This document shows positions 58,512 through 64,000 of a DNA stretch of 64,000 bases, piece after piece (within the stretch, counting starts at the first letter, position 1; every line of letters starts with the position of its first letter). Source of the stretch: Chloropicon primus. Lineage: Eukaryota. Where the stretch lies: positions 1 to 64,000 of the forward strand of contig CP060755.1 in NCBI GenBank assembly GCA_023205875.1. Reading direction: 5' to 3'. Below the pieces are notes generated by a model. That model ran no database searches, was not told the DNA's origin, and saw only the letters and a list, made by a program, of their open reading frames with translations. Made by a program: the position numbers and the translations under genes.

Positions 58512-59753
58512 ATGGGGAGCAAGCACTCGCGCGGGGTGGAGGAGGAGGAGGAGGAGGAGGAGGAGACCACGAGGAGGGAGACCAGGAGCCAAGGGAAGAA
58601 CAAGAACAAGAACAAGGACAAGGACAAGGGACGGAAGAGGAACGGGGACGGGGACGACGAACAACGGGACGGGAGAAGAGGGAGAGGGAGGGGGAAGAGG
58701 GCGAGGGAGGGAAGGAGGGCCGAGTACCTCGGGGGGGAAATACAGGACCGACTGGGACCCGCGACCGGGAGATTCGACTTCGCCACGGCGTATAGCGTGG
58801 ACGTGGGCCGGTTCCCGGGGAACTACGAGGAGGCTCAGCTCAAGCTGCTGGACGAGATGTGCAAGGGGGAACGGGAAGGGGGTGGTTGCGACGTGTCCCT
58901 GGATGCGATCTCGGGGGGATTGGACCGAGAGAGGGGGGAGGCGGCGTCCTGCAGCGCCCTGGGGGGCGGCGGGACCTCGTCGTCGACGAGCCTCGTGCAG
59001 AGGGTGAGCGAGGACGAGGTCATACTCACCGTCGGCATCTACCACCCAGAGAAGCCGGCGACGGTGATGCAGGAGGTGCTCGTGCTGGGCAGCCAGAAGC
59101 TGACGGATCTCAAGGACAAGATCTCCTGCCAGAGGGAGACGATCGCCAAGATGCACGGGGTGGAGGCCCCTTCGGGCTTCTTCTTCATCAACGGCACGTT
59201 CTACGACGACCTGCGCGAGGAGGGTTCAATCAGGTACAGCGAGAATATCCTGCAGTTCATCGAGCACAAGCAGGAGCAGGGGAAGGAGGCGGTGCTGACC
59301 TTGGCGAGGGGCAGCCCCAAGCAGCAGGAGGAGAGGCTGGAGAGGTCCGGGCTGAACCACAAGTTCACGCAGAGGCGCATGGAGGACGTTACCTTCGACG
59401 AGCTGGAAGTCAAGCTCGGGAGCGGGTTCCCTTCTTACGTGTACTGCCACCAGGGCTGCTGCGAGCACAGGATCGCCTTTCACGACCTCAGGCTCGCGCA
59501 CAAGGACGACAGGGCGCTGGTCTCCGAGTACCCCAGGGTCGTGTACCAGAAGTTCGAGCGGAGGTGCAAGTGCATGATCTGCGGGTGCGACGAGGGCAGG
59601 CACATCGTCTACGACGACAAGCACGCCCTTTGCAGCCCCTGCATCATGTGCGAGGGGTGCCACCAGTCCCTTCACTTGTCCGAGGAGGGGGAGAAGCTCT
59701 ACGACGGGTACCGGATGTACACGTACCCCATGGGCGTCCCGAAGGAGGCCTGA
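58512..59753 (+). CDS. SNAPC3: snRNA-activating protein complex subunit 3 (SNAP50/SRD2)
   Basis: VLGSQKLTDLKDKISC, SGFFFINGTFYDDLR, YCHQGCCEH and a C-terminal CxxC...CxxC..LH zinc finger. Confidence 0.92.
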   Translation: MGSKHSRGVEEEEEEEEETTRRETRSQGKNKNKNKDKDKGRKRNGDGDDEQRDGRRGRGRGKRAREGRRAEYLGGEIQDRLGPATGRFDFATAYSVDVGRFPGNYEEAQLKLLDEMCKGEREGGGCDVSLDAISGGLDRERGEAASCSALGGGGTSSSTSLVQRVSEDEVILTVGIYHPEKPATVMQEVLVLGSQKLTDLKDKISCQRETIAKMHGVEAPSGFFFINGTFYDDLREEGSIRYSENILQFIEHKQEQGKEAVLTLARGSPKQQEERLERSGLNHKFTQRRMEDVTFDELEVKLGSGFPSYVYCHQGCCEHRIAFHDLRLAHKDDRALVSEYPRVVYQKFERRCKCMICGCDEGRHIVYDDKHALCSPCIMCEGCHQSLHLSEEGEKLYDGYRMYTYPMGVPKEA

Positions 59754-59772
59754 TCCATCTCTAAAGTGTGTG

Positions 59773-59783
59773 TGTAACTTACA
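59773..59783. promoter_or_regulatory. Back-to-back UGUAA polyadenylation signals for convergent genes
   Basis: TGTAA C TTACA lies between the SNAPC3 stop (59753) and the minus-strand ORF stop (59835). UGUAA is the known chlorophyte poly(A) signal. Confidence 0.6.
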
Positions 59784-59834
59784 AATACAATACGAAAATA
59801 ATAAATGGACCCCTCTTCCTCGCGCTGGGGAGGG

Positions 59835-60119
59835 TCACGGGGCCGCCCCCCCGGTCAGCTTACGGACAGCGCCAGAAAACAAGTTCACAAAGAAGCCCAC
59901 GACAATCGGGATGGCCCTGTGACTATAGTACATGAAAACGCCCCAGACGAAGAAGCGGCCCATCTTCTTGATCAGCCACTTGGCCCGCCCTTCCAGGCTC
60001 TGGTCTCGCTCGGACCACGGCCCGTCGCGCCCCCGTGGCCACCCTCCGCCCAAGCCCGAGCCCCTCCCTCTCCCTCTGCCTCTCCTCCTCCTCCCCCCTT
60101 CGACATCCTGTCCCCTCGT

Positions 60120-60166
<47 letters not shown>

Positions 60167-60272
60167 CCCGTCGTTCGAGTTGCTGCAATTGTTCCCTCAG
60201 TTCGTCTCCTATTATCCTCCTGAGCTCGTTGTTGTGCTGCTCGGTCAGCGGTATCGGTATCTCCCCCTCCAT
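59835..60272 (-). CDS. Small hypothetical membrane protein with an RG-repeat
   Basis: 145-aa ATG ORF with a helical N-terminus, (GR)n and a C-terminal hydrophobic segment. A TGTAA signal lies downstream on the minus strand. Confidence 0.5.
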
Positions 60273-60514
60273 GGATGGATGTGGATCCGGGTGGTGTAAC
60301 GCCCGTGTCCTCCTCCTCCTGATTGATGTCCTCTGATGTCCTCCTCCGTTCCCCTCTCCCTCTCGTCCCTTATCCTCTTTCTTCCCTCTGTAGGTTTCCC
60401 CTTTGTTAAAACGAATGGCGGAGAGGGCGAGCAGAGGCCGGAGCGGAGAACACAGAGGAGAGGGAGAGGAGAGAGGTTTGTGAGTGACTTGTGGGGTTTG
60501 AGGGTGAGGAAGAG

Positions 60515-61318
60515 ATGAGGGTGAGGGCTGTGCGAGGAGGGCAGAGGGGGGCGGCGTCCGTGTCGGCAGCCTTGGGAGGGACGAGTACCAGGAGTGCGAG
60601 GAACTTTGGAAACGGGAACGCGTACGTGGCGGGGAGGCAGAGGCAAGGGGGACGGCCCAGGGCGCTGGCGCCGGGGGCCAAGGTCAAGAGCGCCCAGCCG
60701 ACCGAGGATAGGAAGGACGACTTCGAGGAGTACTCCGCCACCGAGCTCATCGGGCAGCAGGACCAGGAGGAGGAGCCGAGGGTGAGGGTGAACGTGGACG
60801 TGGGGAAGGTGAAGAACTTTATTCTGAAGATGGTGAACTCGACAGACATAGCGGAGATCGACCTCCAGGTGGGAGACATGGAGCTCTACATCATGCGAAA
60901 GATCGACTCGGAGCCGGCGCCGGCCGCGCCGGCCGCGGCCCCGACCCCCGTGGCGACGGCGGCGACTCCCGAGCCCGCGGCTCCGGTGGCGATGGCCTCC
61001 CTCGAGGAGGCGAGCGTGGACGAGACCACGGTGTACCTGACCTCGGAGACCGTGGGAACCTTCAGGAGGGGCCGCTACGCCAAGGGGAAGAAGATCGGCA
61101 ACAAGGCCATGGTAGAGGAGGGGGGCACGGTGAAGAAGGGCCAGACCATTGCTTTCGTGGAGCAGATGGGAACGTACACGCCAGTGCTGGCCAACCAAGC
61201 GGGGGAGATCGCTTCGTTCGAGTTGGAGGATGGCGACCCCGTGGGCTACGGACAGGCCTTGGTGTCCCTCCACCCCTTCTTCGGCGGGCACATCATAGGG
61301 GAGAGCAAGCACGTATGA
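60515..61318 (+). CDS. BADC: Biotin-attachment-domain-containing (BADC/BCCP-like) protein, non-biotinylated
   Basis: Transit peptide, TDIAEIDL.VGDMEL, an Ala/Pro linker, and a biotinyl-like domain with VEQMGT in place of EAMK; ends DGDPVGYG..L.PFF.G. Confidence 0.85.
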   Translation: MRVRAVRGGQRGAASVSAALGGTSTRSARNFGNGNAYVAGRQRQGGRPRALAPGAKVKSAQPTEDRKDDFEEYSATELIGQQDQEEEPRVRVNVDVGKVKNFILKMVNSTDIAEIDLQVGDMELYIMRKIDSEPAPAAPAAAPTPVATAATPEPAAPVAMASLEEASVDETTVYLTSETVGTFRRGRYAKGKKIGNKAMVEEGGTVKKGQTIAFVEQMGTYTPVLANQAGEIASFELEDGDPVGYGQALVSLHPFFGGHIIGESKHV

Positions 61319-61421
61319 GAGGTATGAAAGGAGGACGCGCGCGCGCCGTTGTGTCGTTGTAATACAAACTCGCTCTCGATTTTCTCGTTCGAGCGCACAC
61401 CACAAGTAGTGAGTGGCGGGG

Positions 61422-62536
61422 TCACCGCGGCGGCAGCTCCAGCCGCCTCCACCTCGCCCCCTCCTCGCCCCTCGGGGTCGTCGCCACGCCGTGGAGAACC
61501 TCTGCGAGGATCTCGATCCCCTCCACGAGGCGGGGAGAGGGGCGACTGAAGTACTGGTTCCCGTCGCAGGCGTAGACCTCGCTCTCCCTCACGGCTCTCA
61601 GACCGCTCCACCACTCGAAGTGCTCCCCCTCCGGGTCGTACAGGATCTTTTTGGCGTCCCTCTCGCACCTGTCCAAGTCGAACCCGCACGGAGCGAGCAC
61701 GATGACGTCCGGGTCGTACGCCGCGAGGTCCGAGCGAGTCATCACCGCGGACCTCTCCCCCGGACGAGTCAGCCCGTACGAGCCGCCCGCGTCCTCGACC
61801 ATCTCGTGGATCCAGTGGCCTCCCGTGAACAGGGGGTCGAACCACTCCAGGAGGGCGACCTTGGGCCTCCGGCGGTCGAGGCGGCGGTGGACCCGCTCCC
61901 TGACGGAGGCCCTCCCCTCGTCGAACCGGGCCAACGCCTCGTCGATCGCCGCTCTGGAGCAATCGAGGCTGGCGCCGACGACCTGGATGGAGTCCCTCAC
62001 GTCCCGCAGGGTCTGGGGCTCCACGCTGAGCAGCTTGTAAGGGTCGTCCGCCAGCAGGCGCGAGCACTTGCTCTTGACCTGCTCGAAGTTCACGGCGCAG
62101 ACGTCGCACAGGGACTGGGTCAGGACGTGCGTCGGCCGAGCGTCCCTGAAGGCTCCCTCCCTCAGCGCGTACAAGCTGTTGTTCTGCGCCAGGGACTCCA
62201 CGACCCTGTCGTTGATCTCCCTCTGGCTGGCCTTTGGATCGACGAACGACTCCGTCACCACCTTCTTGCCCATCACCACGTCGGGGGGGAAGTCGCACTC
62301 GTGGGTTCTGCGACGAGACAGAGAGAGAGAAAGAGAGAGAGAGAGAGAGTCGACGGAAGCGTCAGCTCATCATTCTTGTTCGCACCACGCGAGGACGACT
62401 GGACTGACACTGACATTCCCACGAGTTGTTCCCCTTTCCCCAACTGCGCCACGATCTCCGTAAGCGACGGCAGCAGGGACACCACCCTCACCTCCTCACA
62501 AGGCAAAGGCGACGGCGAAGGCAAAGACGTTCCCAT
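61422..62536 (-). CDS. Periplasmic-binding-protein fold, BtuF/cobalamin-Fe-siderophore-like; 2 exons (62536-62415, 62307-61422)
   Basis: Spliced RVVSLLPSLTEIV..LVGI|THECDFP, TQSLCDVCAV, LEWFDPLFTGGHWI, PCGFDL and DGNQYFSRPSPRLVE. Confidence 0.88.
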
Positions 62537-62820
62537 CCTCTGGATTGATCCTCCTACCCCGTCGTTCTCAGGAGGTCCGACCACGTGATGGGCCACGTCT
62601 TCACGCGCCTTATCTTTTTCGATGAAAAAAAATCTTTTTCGAGGGTTTCAGAGGAGGGAGGAGATCGCGCCAGCGTAGACGACGAACACCAACACCAACA
62701 ACAACACCAACACCAACACCAACACCAACAGCAAGCGGAACACAACGCAAGAGACGCACTTTCCGACGACGACGCGACGACGACGACGAGGGAGTATCGA
62801 GGGAGAGTATCGAGAGAGAG

Positions 62821-64000
62821 ATGATGGTGAAGGTTGGAGTGGCGCGAAGGCAAGGGAGGAACGGGGGGAGGGCGTCGTTGAGCTCGGGGGCGACGACGGG
62901 GGGGACACGTGCCAGGGCGAGGGCGTCGTTGAGCTCGGCGTCGAGCTTGGTGGGGACGTGGAGGAGGGCGAGGAGCGGGCTGGTGTCGTCGACGTGCTGC
63001 GCGACGGCGTCCCCGTCGTACGACGCGCCGAGCAACATCTCGGGGGGGACGCAGCTGGAGTCCCTGAGCAAGCTGAGCGAGGTGGTGCGCAACACGGTGG
63101 TGCTGGAGGAGGGGGGGACCTTCAAGGACGCGACGTGCTCCTCCGCCGCGGCGGTGACCTCGCGCATCCTCCTCAAGGTGCTGCGCAACCCGGTCGGCCT
63201 GAGGCAGTACGAGCAACCCATCAAGAGCGCCTTGGCGTACATTGAGCAGACCCAGCCCAAGGAGAAGGACTCCCTCGGGCTCGTGCACTGCTCGCTGGAC
63301 AAGGCCATGGTGAACCTGGGGAGCATGCTCGCGGAGCAGGTCGACGGGAGGGTCTCCACGGAGGTCGACGCCAGGTTCGCGAACGACAAGGACAAGATCG
63401 TCGAGCAGGTCTTGTACCTCTCTAAGCTGTACGAGGAGGTCGGCGTCGGGAACGACAGGGTTCTGTACAGGATCCCCGCGACCTGGGACGGCATCCAGGC
63501 CGCCAAGGTCCTGGAGGCCCAGGGAATTCAGACCCTGCTGACCCTGGTCTGCAGCCTCACCCAGTGCATCGCGGCGGCCGAGGCCGGCGTGAGCGTCGTT
63601 CAGCTCTACGTGGGCAGGGTCAGGGACTGGTACAGGAAGCACCCGAACGCGATCAGGAACCCGGACGGCCCGAGGGAGGACGCCGGCCTGAGCTCCTTCG
63701 ACGCGGACCCCGGCCGCGAGCTCGTGTCCAAGTGCTACAACTACCTCCACAAGTTCTACCCCAAGACGAAGCTCATGGCGGGGGACATCAGGAGCAAGGA
63801 GGACGCCCTCAGCATCGCGGGCTGCGACTACATCGTCCTCCGGCCTCAAATCATCGAGGAGCTCCAGGGGACCCCGAGCATGCTGGGCTACAACGACGGG
63901 CTGATCGCCACCAAGGACTACGCGGACCTCATGCCGGAGCTGAGCCCGGAGAAGGCGGAGGCCACCAAGTTCTCCGACAGGTACACCAAGGGCTGGGGAA
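62821..64000 (+). CDS. Plastid transaldolase-like protein (3' end outside the window)
   Basis: Open frame from ATG 62821 to the window end; absent from the ORF track because it has no stop. Transit peptide, GRVSTEVDAR, IPATWDGIQAA..LE..GI, YVGRV.DW, DPG.ELV..YNY and GCDYI. Confidence 0.85.
   Translation, partial: MMVKVGVARRQGRNGGRASLSSGATTGGTRARARASLSSASSLVGTWRRARSGLVSSTCCATASPSYDAPSNISGGTQLESLSKLSEVVRNTVVLEEGGTFKDATCSSAAAVTSRILLKVLRNPVGLRQYEQPIKSALAYIEQTQPKEKDSLGLVHCSLDKAMVNLGSMLAEQVDGRVSTEVDARFANDKDKIVEQVLYLSKLYEEVGVGNDRVLYRIPATWDGIQAAKVLEAQGIQTLLTLVCSLTQCIAAAEAGVSVVQLYVGRVRDWYRKHPNAIRNPDGPREDAGLSSFDADPGRELVSKCYNYLHKFYPKTKLMAGDIRSKEDALSIAGCDYIVLRPQIIEELQGTPSMLGYNDGLIATKDYADLMPELSPEKAEATKFSDRYTKGWG

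Noticed and set aside
44518..62536. Bacterial contamination or a recent HGT island (murC, secY, btuF-like, BCCP-like)
   Set aside because: The genes have spliceosomal introns and/or transit peptides, share host codon usage and are interspersed with eukaryotic genes.
62554..63849. 431-aa minus-strand ORF at the window end
   Set aside because: It is the antisense shadow of the plus-strand transaldolase-like gene, which the ORF track missed because its stop lies outside the window.

Overview
Left end of a nuclear chromosome from a compact, GC-rich, prasinophyte-grade green alga. The gene content, introns and TTTTAGG telomere are consistent with Chloropicon, but that is an inference. The window opens with a (CCTAAAA)n telomere, variant-repeat blocks and a subtelomere of only about 2 kb. 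About 30 densely packed genes follow, mostly in alternating orientation and with few introns: CYC1, CFAP52-like, IQUB, CFAP20DC, a permuted papain-like protein, a 2H cyclic phosphodiesterase, a securin/PATRONUS-like protein, glucosidase I, UPF2, GUN4, PsbX, a PXA-PX sorting nexin, RPS15A, a cNMP phosphodiesterase, a 7-kb type I PKS, a KIF12-like kinesin, plastid MurC, an ankyrin-like repeat protein, an EGF-GT2 glycosyltransferase, an IQ-SAM protein, a KH protein, SCY2, SNAPC3, BADC, a BtuF-like protein and a truncated transaldolase-like gene. The most striking items are (1) an AT-less two-module PKS ending in a membrane anchor plus a BAHD-type acyltransferase instead of a thioesterase, with a 574-bp perfect internal duplication, (2) a kinesin tail segment resembling a marine-phage protein domain, (3) a candidate algal securin, (4) a spliced, plastid-targeted MurC and (5) a transaldolase-like protein lacking its catalytic Lys. 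All family calls come from motif recognition by eye; no database searches were run.
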